The translations under genes and the position numbers were made by a program. 64,000 nucleotides of DNA from assembly GCA_951406725.2 (NCBI GenBank), contig OX597828.1:56234001-56298000 (forward strand). The letters run 5' to 3'. The DNA is from Octopus vulgaris. Its lineage: Eukaryota. A model generated the notes under the pieces. The model worked only from the letters and a program-made list of their open reading frames with translations. It was not told where the DNA came from and searched no databases. Below are positions 42,929 to 55,058 of this stretch, piece by piece. Numbering within the stretch: position 1 is the first letter of the stretch; each line of letters starts with the position of its first letter.

Positions 42929-44192
42929 TTTGGTTAGCAACTAAATTCCATCCGTTTTTTTTTAATTTTGGAATTTATTGCGTTTTTAAAGTTTGGAATC
43001 TAATTTTTTTTTCCAGAATTCTATTTTGAAATCTCTTTGTTTTCTTTTTCTAGTTAATTTTAGTTGATCATTTTTTTTATTTTCAGAGGATTAAAATGGA
43101 ATGTCAAGTTAAGAAAAAACGAGCATTTTCGACACCGCATACTTTTTGATTTTAATCAAAGCTCTAAGGCCACAAAAGCTGCCCGTCACATTTGTGCTGT
43201 GTATGGAGAAGGTGAAATAGCTGAAAAGCCCGAACGTGATTGGTATGCCAAGTTCAAAAAATGAAATTTTCATCTCAAAGACGCACCTCGTTTTGGCCGT
43301 GCACTTGAGTTCAATGAAGACTGAATAAACGAGAATTCTCGTCAAACGACAAAAGAACTAGCAGTCAAAAATGGAATGCTCCCACACGGCTACAGAGAAG
43401 CATCTTCACTCGATGGGAAATGTTTCAGAAATATGGAGCGCGGATTCCGCATGGTTTAAGTAAGAACAACAAAAATCAACGGGCCACAATCTCCGCTTGC
43501 TGTTTGCTCGTCACCGCTCAACTCATGGACATAAGCAACGGATCGTTACTGTCGACGAGGAAAATGGTGCTCCCTGTACATCAATATGAAGCAGCGCAAG
43601 GAATGGCTAAACAATCGACACCGCGCGTGAAACAAGATCTTCATCCGCGTAAAACGATGTTGCGCGTATGGTGGGACTGGGAAGGGATTATCCATTACGA
43701 ATTGCTTGTACGGAACCAAATAGTCAACGCAGAATTCTATATTCAAGAGATGGGGTGACTCAATACGGCTATTCAAGAGAAAAGACCTAATCGGAAGTAT
43801 AGAGTTCTTCTGCTGCATGACAACGCCCGCCATCATATCACCAATATGACCAAGGAAGCCATTCAAACGCATGGCTGGGAAGCACTTCCACACACGCCGA
43901 TCTCTCTTGATTTGGCACCAACGGATTTCCACCTCTTTCAATCTCCCTCAAATGCTATGAGCAGAGTTTCGTTCAATACCAATGCAGAATTGATACCTTG
44001 GTTGGATACTTTTTTCGAGTCGAAATCGGATGATTTCTACCAACGTGATATTGAAAATCTTCTTGAACGTTGAGAAGAAGTTGTAAGCAAGAAGGGTGAA
44101 TACATTATTGATTAATTAGTTGTTTTTTTTTATTAAACCTTTGAAAATAATTAAATTTAAAAAAACCCGGGGGAACTTAGTTTCCAACCCAA
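42929..44192 (+). mobile_element. Full-length (about 1.26 kb) mariner with both TIRs, transposase inactivated
   Basis: TIRs TTTGGTTAGCAACTAAATTCC and GGAACTTAGTTTCCAACCCAA, TA at left. ATG at 43096. Motifs TVDEE, KTMLRVWWDWEGIIHYELL, LLHDNARHH, ISLDLAPTDFHLF. Several frameshifts and stops. Confidence 0.93.
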
Positions 44193-44279
44193 AATTTAAT
44201 TAACGCATTTAATTCTTTAGATTTTACCTTAAATTTAGAAATATATCCAAAACTCACATTTGGGAAGGGGAATGAGACG

Positions 44280-44318
<39 letters not shown>

Positions 44319-45049
44319 ACCTGTTGTGGTTCTGATTTTGCTAACAAAATATGTAAATATTTGCTTAGTATTTCCCTCCGAATATATTTTTATAAATATA
44401 ATTCTGAATTAAGCTTTCTTTAATAGTTTTCCTTCAGAAAAAGTTCAAGATAAAATCAAATACCAAAAAAGGAAATTCTAAAAAGGTATATTCTTTGGAA
44501 TATATGACAATGTGACATGCCTTTTTATTAAGGGGAAAAGATCTTATGATCCTTGTATTCTAGAATTAGAAAAATGTATTCATATATTGTTCTTACCTAG
44601 CATCTTAAATACTCGCTTAGAAACAAGCTCGAAACAAGTATACTTTCCATTTTTAGCAAGCATATTTTCTTTTCTTTTTCTGAATATTTGCTTCCGTAAT
44701 AAATTGAAAGTTTTTTCAGATATCATTATTTCTTAGGATAAAATGATGTATTTTCTAGGTACCACCATATTTTGCGCTTTACCAATAATCTCTTGCAAGA
44801 AGTACTAATATTTTAATGACACCCAGTAATTGTTACATGCATAACCGAAATATTATTTTCGAACGATGATTAGATTTAAGAAGCACACTTAATCGGTAAT
44901 TACTGCCAATTGCATGATTTTGTTAAATTTGTCTCGTTTTTCACATATTTTACATGACTTTTTGTTTCCAACTGTTGGCCTGTGTAAATACAGCTATGTA
45001 GAAGGCAACATATTTTAGGCTTCCTAAATATCCTACAACCAGAAATATA

Positions 45050-47985
45050 AATGAACTAGATATAGAGTCTTAGCTGTTTCAGCATTTCATAGTAGCCGAG
45101 CTGTTGCAAAGAGATGATCTTCTTTCTAAAGCTTCGCTGGATTGTTTCAAGTTCCGCTGTTAATTTTCCACTGTTGGGTGACAATAGCTGGGAGCAGTAA
45201 TCCAGGCGGCTGAGGACAAATGTCCTCCAGAGGAGCATCATGGTTTCCTTACCTCTGGTTCTGAATGTTCTCAGGATACATCCACCTAATCATCTGCACT
45301 TTATCATGATCCTGGTGATGTGCACTTGGAAAGAGGTATCATCACTCATGTCGATACCCAGGCCCCTCTCTGATTTAGGCTCTGAGATTGTAATTCTCTG
45401 TGGACCAGTGTATCCGGTAAGTTTCATATTCAGTTTTGGACGCTGGTAGCGCTGGGTTTGGAATGTTTCAGCATTAAACTGCAGATAATTATCCTCAGCC
45501 CATCTGTAAATTGATTCCAAATCCTGCTGGAGCTGGGGTTCTGTATTTTCTGCGAGACTTTTGTATCGTTGTGGGCATATATGAGAGGGATACTATGAAA
45601 AGCGGTGGTCCCAAAACAGTTTACTGTGGAACAGCGCACACTATTTGTGTCTTCATTGAGGTGGCTCCATTGGCCATTACTGCTTACCTACTAACTTTCA
45701 GAAAGTCATGTAACCACTCTCCAAGGTTTCCAGCAATGCCGAGATCACACAGTTTGTGGCATATTATACCATGAACGACTTTCACAAAGACATTTGCAAA
45801 ATCAAGGTCTATTACGTCCACATTTGTGTCATTGAGTAACTGCCTCAACATCCAGACATAATGTTGTAACAACCGGATCAAGCAGCTCCTACCTTGTAGA
45901 AAAGCCATGCTGGGTATCACTCAGCAAATTAAAAAGAAATTCTTCAAGGAATACGATTAGTTTCCATGACTATGCTGGTGCGTGAAGTCAGAGAGATAGA
46001 CTTATAGTTTTTCGCATCTGCCCTGCTTCCCCTTTATGGATTGGGCATATTATTCGCTCCTTCAGCTTTCTTGACAGTCTGTCCTTTGCAACAAACCTCT
46101 GGAAGAGAATCTGGAGGGGTTTGGGAAGAGCATGCTTACACGATTTGAGAAGGATTGCAGGGAAACAATCAGGACCAGCAGTTGAGTTTGCATCCACCTC
46201 ATCTATGCCTAGTAGTATATCTTCTTCGATAATGTTGATGTATTCCAACGTCACTGCCTCGCTGATTATAGGTGTGGCGGCAAAGAAGTCCATAGTTCAT
46301 TCACTTATCTGTGTTCCAATGGGGTGTTAAAGACACATTTGGACTGGTCATTTAGTACCTTGCTGATACTCGTTGGACTGTGAGGGAGCCATCTTTTTGG
46401 AAAAGGGTTCCTATCTTGCAGTGTACTGAGGCTGTTTCTTTTGCGTAAAGAAAGAAGGCCGTTGGGTTTGACTTAATGTTTTTTTATAACACGGGCTTCT
46501 TTGTCTAGTCTTTCCCTCACATAGCATTGTTGCAGGCTTTTTTCAGTCTCCATAAGTGTTGTTTTCAGACGGCACCTTTCGCTACTTTTGGGGTGTTTCT
46601 TGGGGCGATTTGCAAACTTCGTCCGTCGTCTCACGAGGATCTTCCTCTCCCTTGGAATCTTGTTCCTATGTGCTGTGGCCTTGTGCTCTGGGACATATTT
46701 CTGGCATATGGATTGCGCAACAGACATGAAGTATTCTAGTTTCATGCCAATGTCTATTTCGGCTAGTCGTTTCTGAAGATCTCTTTTTGGATCGATTTCC
46801 ATTCTGCTTTGTGGAAGTTCAGATTGGAGAGATTTCGAGTGCTTCCTTTAGGCTGTATGTCTCTCGTTACTTTTGATCCAAACATAGACACCTCTATTAT
46901 GTTGTGATCCGAGGCTAATGCCTGCGTTATTTTCATATCATAAACGATGTCCATATTGTTTTCGAAGGAGAGATCCAAAATGGTATCCGTCCTAGTTGGT
47001 CTGAGTACGTATGCTCCATGCATACGGCATTGGTGAGGTTGATCAGGGACTCCACTTGTGCTTGTATGCCATGAGTTATTCCTGAGAACATGAGTCTTTC
47101 GGGATATTTGACTTTGGGGAAGTTGAAATTATACATAAGAAATATGCTCATGTGGTGTTCCAGTTTTATAAGGACTTCTTTAATTCTTGTGAGGCAATCT
47201 TCAAGCCTGCCTGTGTGGTTTGGAGCATGCGGTGGGTATTATGCATTGGGGAAGTTGAGAAGGAGGTCCACCTGTGCTTGTTTGTAATGAGTCATTCTTG
47301 AGCACATGAGGACTTCGGATCATTTAACATTGGGGAAGTTGAAATGACTCATAAGAAATACACTCACACAGTCTTCCAGTTTCATAAGGACTTCTTTAAT
47401 TCTTGTGAGGCAATCTTCAAACTTGCCTATGTGGTTTGGAGCATCTGGTGAGCGATATGTATTGCATATGACTATAGTGTGCTATCTTATGTATAACAGT
47501 TATATGTCACATACTAAATTTGAGTACGACAGTTAGACCTGGGGTTTGAGGTCATCACGGTTGCATACACCAACTCCGCCATGGCTCCTTCCCCTTCTAT
47601 CTGTTCGCAATATGGCATAATTTGGTACGGGTACTTCTTCATCCTTTATATCAGGGCTGAGGTGAGTTTCCGCGAGTGGTATGCATAGTGCTTGATTGCA
47701 TGCAGCAAGGTCTGTCAGGAAAAAAAATTGCTTTTGTTATAATGCCACAGGCACCCAGTGTTTAGTAAAAACATTGGGGTGACGACTGTGCAGGCGTTAG
47801 GGGAGGACATCCCGTGACTGTTGACTAAAGCCGGCAAGGTTCCTTGTTTGCGTTTGGTGTAGCCAGTTCGGCTGCTGTAAAATCTTTTCTGTCATGCACC
47901 AAAAAGTTCGTTGCTCAGCTGCTGCCTTACTCATAACCTCTGAAGAGCGCAATTCTTTTGTAATTTTTTTCCTTGGGGACATTGG
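45050..47985 (-). mobile_element. Decayed CR1/L2-type LINE (endonuclease + RT pseudogene)
   Basis: LAETHLSPDIKDEEV..NYAILRTDR..GGVGV, PTRTDTILDL..SDHN, AGPDCFPAILLK, GRSCLIRLL..DVIDLDFA, RLDYCSQL. Many frameshifts. Internal duplication 47113-47247/47330-47465. Confidence 0.9.
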
Positions 47986-48330
47986 TTGTCTTTTCTCATG
48001 GAAGATTTTCTCCTTAGACGTATCTAAAAATCCTCTTTGGGAATGAGATAGGTTCGAATCGAAAGGTCACCTTTCTAATGCAATTAGTGCAGACTATACT
48101 TATAGCTTCATCTATTTCGAGATCTTCCCTGAAAAAGCAACGATCTACCTCAAATCCGACGAAGCCTATAACGAAAACGTCAATATGCGCTTATGTGTGT
48201 GTGATTTTGTATATATATATATATATATAATATTAATTAGAGACAAAACCACTATTTTGCAAATCAAACAAAGAAAGACTTAATCCAATACATAAAAAAA
48301 TTTAATATAAATTAAATAAAATTAAATTCG

Positions 48331-48376
48331 CCACTACAATTGTTTCGTGTCTCTTCTAAGGACATTCATCAGGTGG
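48331..48376 (-). ncRNA. Mirror copy of the same hammerhead on the opposite strand
   Basis: Exact reverse complement of 48448-48493. Confidence 0.75.
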
Positions 48377-48447
48377 ATTTCAGATCTTCTATTCAATTTT
48401 AAGTTATGAAGTCTTCATAACTTAAAATTGAATAGAAGATCTGAATA

Positions 48448-48493
48448 CCACCTGATGAATGTCCTTAGAAGAGACACGAAACAATTGTAGTGG
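48448..48493 (+). ncRNA. Minimal type-I hammerhead ribozyme
   Basis: CCAC-CTGATGA-ATGTC(CTTAGAAGA)GACAC-GAAAC-AATT-GTA-GTGG. Palindromic stem III ACAATTGT. A-C mismatch closes stem II. Confidence 0.75.
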
Positions 48494-48587
48494 CGAATTT
48501 AATTTTATTTAATTTATATTAAATTTTTTTATGTATTGGATTAAGTCTTTCTTTGTTTGATTTGCAAAATAGTGGTTTTGTCTCCAA

Positions 48588-48646
<59 letters not shown>

Positions 48647-48774
48647 CACACACACAGATATATATATATTAATATATATGTATGTATGGAAGATAATTTT
48701 TTAAAATTCAGAGGTCATTTAATGATGTTTGTTGTCTTGACTGCTTTCACTTTTTATGTAGCCTTTGTGGTGTT

Positions 48775-49070
48775 CCTCCATTTTGCCGAAACGGTACTTA
48801 CGGAGACATAAACGCACCAGCAGCAGTTGTCAAGGGGCGGCGGGAAACAAAGACACACACACACACATATATATATATACATATATTTATATATGTGCAC
48901 ATATGCACAATAGTCTTCTGCTAGTTTCCATCTATGAAATCCACTCATAAGACTAATATAAGTTCGGCCCGAGGCTATAGTAGAAGCCACTTGCCCAAGG
49001 GGGTGCGCGTTGGACTGGACCCGGAACCATATATTTGGGAGGCAAAATTCTTACAACGCGATCACGTTTT
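48775..49070 (-). mobile_element. SINE family A, diverged partial copy
   Basis: TTTTGCCGAAAC...GGCCCGAGGCTATAGTAGAAG.CACTTGCCCAAGG with central microsatellite. Confidence 0.8.
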
Positions 49071-50017
49071 TGCAATAAATAAATTTGTGGTTTTCACGTG
49101 TGTGGTTCTAAGTGGTTGCAGCTTTAAGCGTCTACCATATTTTATTGATATGTATCTTAAATTTGTCATTTCCGCGTACATTTATTAATCAAATATTGTC
49201 ATGAGCTGAGGCATTTTAAAAGTCAGATGGCACAGGGAATTAGATCAGTCGATAAAGAATAATAAATAAATCTTGAGTTTTGTCATCCTCTAGATAAAAG
49301 CAATAAATACAATGTTATCATTGTTATTGATTGATATCGATGTGTGTAAATCCTATTTAGACATATCTCATTCATCATAATGCTAGCTTCTTACAGAAAA
49401 CAAATGTTCATTTTCACTTTTCTCCCGATAACTTTGATGGTTATTATCTTGTAACAAAATGGAAGAAGAAATTTTGAACAAGGTGGATGACGGAGAATAT
49501 TAGATTGAATTGGATACCGTATTTCAGATAATATTATTCCATCATCTACGATGGACAAGAGAGAGAAAAGAAAAGTGAAAGAGTAATTTTTGTTACAATG
49601 TCTCTCGTCACTCGTGTAGTTTTTTTTTTTTTTCTGTCGCGTACTGTGTTCTTGTCCACATATTCTATAAAAAGTTAATATAACTGAACTTTTAGTGTAC
49701 GTACATTTCTTATATACTTCGCCGAAGATTTGATATTGCCTATCACTGTGAAACTAATTAATTTTATGTGAACATTCGATCATTTCAAAATGTTTCTCGA
49801 TTTCTACTTCGTAATTTTGAATTCTGTTAAGAATCTCCTTGTTTTATATATATGCGTACTATTCATAAACAAAATTTGTTGAAACCAATCTGGTGTAGAT
49901 AAATCTATTTAGAAGCAGCTACACGTTTCTCAAATTCAGTTGCATTTCCAACCCCCCAAAGCAAATTCCCCAATATTATTGTCCTGTGTGGTAATACACC
50001 CCTTCTTTCCATATACA

Positions 50018-50560
50018 TTAGGTTGTCCGGGACGTTGTGAGCGTTTTTAACATGCAATAAGGGATATAAATAATTGACATTTCAGTAAATTTTATCCGAT
50101 GAAATAATTTCCCTCGCTATTAATGACCATTGCCCATTTATCAAGCAATTTGAATATTCCATCAGCATAAAATTTGACTAGCTTTGTAGAGAAAAAAGTA
50201 AAGTTAACTGCATGTATTTCCTTGCAATAAGTTATGTAGGAACATAAACAAGTGATAGTCAGATGCTACAACATCAGGAAAATATGGTGGATGGGATAAG
50301 AGAACCCAGCCAATTTCATATAAATTTCTTCAGGTAGCAAAAGCCACATGTGGTCGGCATTTTGTCTTGGAAGACCACCCCTTTCCTGTTGGCAATATCC
50401 GGCCTCAATTCTTTGGTTTTCTGGTTCAAATTGGCCAGCTGATGACAGAACACATCATAATTAATTGTCTGGAATAGTGGGAGAAGCTCATAATAAGAAT
50501 GCCTCTGTGATCCCACCATACACAAATGATGGCTTTTGTGGCGTGGATATTGGTCTATCT
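50018..50560 (-). mobile_element. Mariner 3' fragment
   Basis: YYELLPLFQTINYDVFCHQL..RPDIANRKGVVFQD and HPPYFPDVVASDYHLF. TTAGGTTG TIR end at 50018. Confidence 0.85.
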
Positions 50561-50761
50561 TCGTCAATAGAAATATATTGTGCAATAGTATTTTGTAGGT
50601 TATTAAAATCCAATGTGCATGCATGAACGCATTTAGGAAGCATAACGATTAAAATTTCAAAAAGGTGACCAGAAATCGGGTGGATATTGAAACACTTTAT
50701 TGAAATAAAAACGTTTCTTCAAAATTAAACAGATATTTTGTTTCCATTTTTGGTTGGAAAA

Positions 50762-51109
50762 TTGTTCTCTGTGAACGAAAATGTCAGTGTTCTTAAGGTC
50801 GCTCGGCTAGGAAGATTCAAAGCGAACCCAACCGCAGATACTAGACCACGCCCAATAAGGGTAATCTTTTCTTCTGATCGGGAGGCTTCAGTCTTTCTGA
50901 ACAGAGCTCAGACGCATGCCTGGGAGGACCCCAATATGGGTTTTCGCGAGGAATACTCACTAAGAGAGAGAATTCGCCAGAGGAACCTGATATCCGAGCT
51001 AAAGATGCGGAAACAAATGGGAGAGAAGGGTTTACGAATCCAAGATGGACAGATAATCAAGTCCTACCTCTGGTCCCATGCTGTAGTGCTGACAGGGAAA
51101 GTGATGTGA
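50762..51109 (+). CDS. C-terminal part of LINE ORF1 (5'-truncated)
   Basis: VARLGRF..RPRPIRVIF...EYSLRERIRQRNLISELKMR..GEKGLRIQDGQII is typical of CR1/L2-group ORF1 C-termini. Confidence 0.8.
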   Translation: MFSVNENVSVLKVARLGRFKANPTADTRPRPIRVIFSSDREASVFLNRAQTHAWEDPNMGFREEYSLRERIRQRNLISELKMRKQMGEKGLRIQDGQIIKSYLWSHAVVLTGKVM

Positions 51110-51204
51110 GGGCAAATCGAAGTGAAGTTGATACCCCCGTCAACGATGCTATCTCTGATGCCCTTTATTCTGCTTGTTCCCCAACTCCCGCCCCTCAGAC
51201 TTAA

Positions 51205-53994
51205 CAGCTCAGCATCGTCTACACCAACTCGTGCTCCTTATTCCCAAAGTTCAGTGAACTATTTACACTGGCCCTACGCGACTCCCCTGATGTGATAGCT
51301 ATCACCGAGACTTGGCTGACTCCAGCAGTAAAGGACTCAGAGATCCACCTGCAGGGCTACGTCCTTTTCAGATGTGACAGAGGAAAAAGGCGAGGTGGAG
51401 GTGTTGCTGTGTATGTTAAGTCTGAGCACAAACCGTCCTGCGGTATTCTACCCACAAATGCTCAACCTACAACCAAATTCGATGCCGTCTATTGCAAGCT
51501 GAGCCTATCTGAGTTTTGCCTGCCCGTGTTGGCTGTCTACAGGCCGCCTCTAGCCGACCCCCAGGACGATGCTCATCTACTCGAGGCGATAAGATTCGTT
51601 TCAGCTTCGCGTGACTGCTTGGTACTAGGCGACTTCAACGCTTCCATGATCGATTGGCCCGCATCAATTTGTACAACATCTTCCCGGTTCGGCCAGGCCC
51701 TTCTTGACGTGGCTGAAGATTGTTTTCTATCGCAACATGTTGAATATCCGACAAGGCATCGGTCTGGGCAGCAGCCATCTATGCTAGATCTGGTATTCTC
51801 CCGCTATCCAAGATCAGTGTCAGACGTATCTGTGTGCGCCCCTCTTGCCAAGAGTGATCATGCGGTCCTGAAGTTCGTCATACACACAACTTTTTCCACG
51901 CCCACGATTACTTCGCTGCCACGTAGAGTCTTCTCTGCAATTAATCTTGAAATTCTAACCGAGGCTTCCGCGCTTCTGGACTGGCGTTCCCTGATGACGT
52001 TGTCCTCAGTTGACGAACTACGGTCATCCCTGAAAGCATATGTAATATGTTTGACTGACCAGGCAGTTCCCGTTGGACTTCCCAAGAGGAAGAAACACAA
52101 GCCCTGGGTGACGAAGAAGGTTAAACGAGAACGTCGACTCAGAGATATTGCTTGGGCTGAATTCAAAAATCTGGATTCGACTGCAGCTTTTGAGGTGTAC
52201 AAAACTCAACGAGACCGAGCCGTGAAAATTGAAAAGAAAGAACGCTTCAGTTATGAATACAAAATCGCGGCAAATGCCAGTAGCAATCCAAAAACCTTCT
52301 TTGCCCATGTCCAGCGGAATTCCCGCTTGAACAACCAGATTGTAACATTGGTAGACTCAACAGGCGTATCGATTGAGGACCCTTATCAACAGAGTCAATT
52401 ATTTGCCGAGGCTTTTTCAACTATTTTCAAACAAGATGATGGTCGTGAACCCCCTCCATTTGATAGATCGGTACCTCCAATGCTTCGATTGATCATCACG
52501 CGGGACCAAGTCAAACGTGTTATTCAAGGCCTCGATGTCAACAAGGGTCACAGCCCTGACGGCATACACCCACGGATTATCAAAGCGTTGGCTCCGGTCA
52601 TCTGCGAGCCCTTAACACGACTATTCAATATGTCATTGGCGACGGGTGTTATACCTGCAGACTGGAGAACAGCGATAATCTGCCCAATTTTCAAGAAAGG
52701 GAGCCGCGAAGACCCGCTTAACTACCGACCGGTTTCCCTTACATCAATAATCAGCAAGATGTTCGAAACTATCCTTAAGAAAAGTATGATGCTCCACCTC
52801 CTAAGCACAGCCTCGATCACTGATTCCCAACACGGTTTCGTGCCGAAGAGATCATGCTTGACCAACTTACTAGTAATGGAAGAATTGGTGACGCGCATCC
52901 TCGATGATAGTGATGCTGTTGACATCGTTTTATTGGACTTTGCCAAAGCTTTTGACTCGGTAAACCACCGCCTACTACTTGTCAAGCTTCAAGCATATAG
53001 TTTCCATCCGGATATTGTACGATGGGTTGGTGCCTTCCTCTCAGATCGCTCCTTCCAAGTTCAAGTTAATGGTTCGCGGTCCGACGTCTCCAGTGCGAGC
53101 AGTGGCGTGCCTCAAGGTTCAGTGCTTGGGCCCTTGTTGTTCTTAGTCTTCATAAATGACTTGCCCGACGACCTCACGCAACACACCCTTCTATTCGCCG
53201 ACGATATCAAACTGGTCGCACCTCGCGGTAGTATAGAGGATCTTCGTCGATGCCTCCACCAAATTTGGAAGTGGTCTAACGATTGGGACCTGTGTCTGAA
53301 CGTGTCAAAGTGCTGTCATCTGCCTGTCGGCTCTACTCCTGCAACTCAACTTGATTTCGAGCCGGGTCGTCTGCTGCTGGAGAGGACCGATCAGGTAAAG
53401 GACCTGGGTATCTTGGTTGATTCCTCCTTTTCGCCTTCGGCCCAGTGCGTCCATGCTGCCAACAAAGCGCGCGGAATTCTGTTTTTGATTCGACGGTCAT
53501 TCGCAGTGCTCACAGCAGCCATATTCCTGCCACTCTATGTCACGCTGGTGAGACCCATATTGGAGTATGGGATTCAAGCCTCTTCTCCTTATCTCCTCAA
53601 AGACATACAGCACCTCGAAAGAGTCCAGAGGCTGGCTACCCGCCTGGTTCATGGTCTCAAAAATTTGTCCTACGAAGAAAGGCTGAGGACGCTCGACCTT
53701 TATTCTCTTGAAAAACGCCGCCGCCGTGGTGATCTCATTCTCGCCCACAACATCATAAGCGGGAAGTGTAACCTCTCGAAAGAGCTGTTCTTCACTCCTG
53801 CTCCGGAGCGTCGACTGCGGAGTCATTCCGAAAAGCTCTACCTGCGACGATTTCATCTCAATCGAAGGAGAGGAGCTTTCTCCGTCCGGGTTGCGGATCC
53901 GTGGAACAAGCTGCCAGATGAGATGGTGAAGATGCCGACGACCGCTTTGTTCAAAGCCTCCCTGGACCTCAAGTGGCCTGAACTCTTTACATGA
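51205..53994 (+). CDS. LINE ORF2: AP endonuclease + reverse transcriptase
   Basis: Open frame starts after TAA 51202-51204 (QLSIVYTNSCSL...DVIAITETWL). EN motifs GDFN, LDLVF, SDH. RT motifs NYRPVSLT, QHGF, LDFAKAFD, GVPQGSVLGP, FADD. C-terminal RRRRGDL and WNKLP. Confidence 0.96.
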   Translation, partial: QLSIVYTNSCSLFPKFSELFTLALRDSPDVIAITETWLTPAVKDSEIHLQGYVLFRCDRGKRRGGGVAVYVKSEHKPSCGILPTNAQPTTKFDAVYCKLSLSEFCLPVLAVYRPPLADPQDDAHLLEAIRFVSASRDCLVLGDFNASMIDWPASICTTSSRFGQALLDVAEDCFLSQHVEYPTRHRSGQQPSMLDLVFSRYPRSVSDVSVCAPLAKSDHAVLKFVIHTTFSTPTITSLPRRVFSAINLEILTEASALLDWRSLMTLSSVDELRSSLKAYVICLTDQAVPVGLPKRKKHKPWVTKKVKRERRLRDIAWAEFKNLDSTAAFEVYKTQRDRAVKIEKKERFSYEYKIAANASSNPKTFFAHVQRNSRLNNQIVTLVDSTGVSIEDPYQQSQLFAEAFSTIFKQDDGREPPPFDRSVPPMLRLIITRDQVKRVIQGLDVNKGHSPDGIHPRIIKALAPVICEPLTRLFNMSLATGVIPADWRTAIICPIFKKGSREDPLNYRPVSLTSIISKMFETILKKSMMLHLLSTASITDSQHGFVPKRSCLTNLLVMEELVTRILDDSDAVDIVLLDFAKAFDSVNHRLLLVKLQAYSFHPDIVRWVGAFLSDRSFQVQVNGSRSDVSSASSGVPQGSVLGPLLFLVFINDLPDDLTQHTLLFADDIKLVAPRGSIEDLRRCLHQIWKWSNDWDLCLNVSKCCHLPVGSTPATQLDFEPGRLLLERTDQVKDLGILVDSSFSPSAQCVHAANKARGILFLIRRSFAVLTAAIFLPLYVTLVRPILEYGIQASSPYLLKDIQHLERVQRLATRLVHGLKNLSYEERLRTLDLYSLEKRRRRGDLILAHNIISGKCNLSKELFFTPAPERRLRSHSEKLYLRRFHLNRRRGAFSVRVADPWNKLPDEMVKMPTTALFKASLDLKWPELFT

Positions 53995-55058
53995 ACACCA
54001 CCCTGTACTTAACTCCATGTCCCCCTACATGGTCTTGCTATTTGCTTTTGAGCCAAATTAACTAACTAACTAACTAACTCACGCACACAGAAATACGCAC
54101 GCGTATATATATACAGCTCACCATAAACGTAAACAACCGCATACATACTGTTACACACACGAATATTTTGCCCAAACACTCCCAAACATTCACATACACA
54201 CATGCATATATACACTAAAATACAAGGAAGGCTGACCCACGCAATTTTGGATGTTGCTAAAGTGCAGAAAGTATATATATATATTTTTCAAAACCTTTTT
54301 TGTATGTTTTTTCTTTTTAATTCAAGATCCACTTCATGATATGTCGCAGGATAGGAAGTCGCTTCTTTGATGTGGACTCCCCTTGGATGAGGTGCACGAT
54401 TCGGAGCAATCGGTCCAAATGGCTTTAGGCCGGCCCTGTCTGGGCTAGTTGGTTGGAATTACGTGGTTCGAGTCTCTTCATTGAGCGTTAAATGTAGTCA
54501 CACGAGCGTTTCTCATTGCTGGTGAAAGATTATTATTTCTAACTCAGTGTTGTTTCCTTCTTCTAATTCATATTTCTGAGGTGCCCTGTCTCTGTTCGCT
54601 GTTATGTTTAATTATAATAAAAGTAATTTTACATTTACCTGGGTTTTACTCTATAAATTAATAGGGTGCGACTTTATACTTAAGCAATTAAATAAAATTA
54701 TATTGCAAATTCATTCACAGAAATGCATACTTATAAAATCCTTATGCCTTTGAATGTCTGCATATGTGTGAGTGACTATGTATGTATCCGCGAATGCGTG
54801 CGTGTACGCGCAGCTATATATTCGTGTATGTGAGTTTCTATGATTGCATTAAATGTGAGACATCCAACTTCAACGAATGCATAAATATATTTGAACGAAT
54901 GTATAATTCAGTAACTGATTTGTGCATCAACAAAAACGTATTGAATATTAGGTATAAATTGAGTATATGATTCTGTGTACTTGATATATATGTATGTGAG
55001 ACTCTATGCATGTATACATTTGTGCGCATATCATCAGTCTTTAGACATTATATTATGT

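Larger units (their letters stand above)
48230..48594. mobile_element. Near-perfect 365-bp palindromic element inside (TA)n
   Basis: Axis at T48412 (GAAG-T-CTTC). 182-bp arms with 3 mismatched pairs by hand count. Confidence 0.95.
50760..54079 (+). mobile_element. Young 5'-truncated CR1-type LINE with (AACT)n tail
   Basis: Abrupt rise in GC and CpG content. ORF1 C-terminus, intact ORF2, short 3' UTR and (AACT)5 tail at about 54060-54079. No clear TSD. The 5' boundary is approximate. Confidence 0.95.

Noticed and set aside
51858-54018. Antisense and alternate-frame ORFs within the LINE
   Set aside because: Shadow ORFs of a GC-rich coding region.
54639-54650. 12-nt minus-strand microexon
   Set aside because: Weak pyrimidine tract, and it introduces a stop in the phase of neighbouring candidates.
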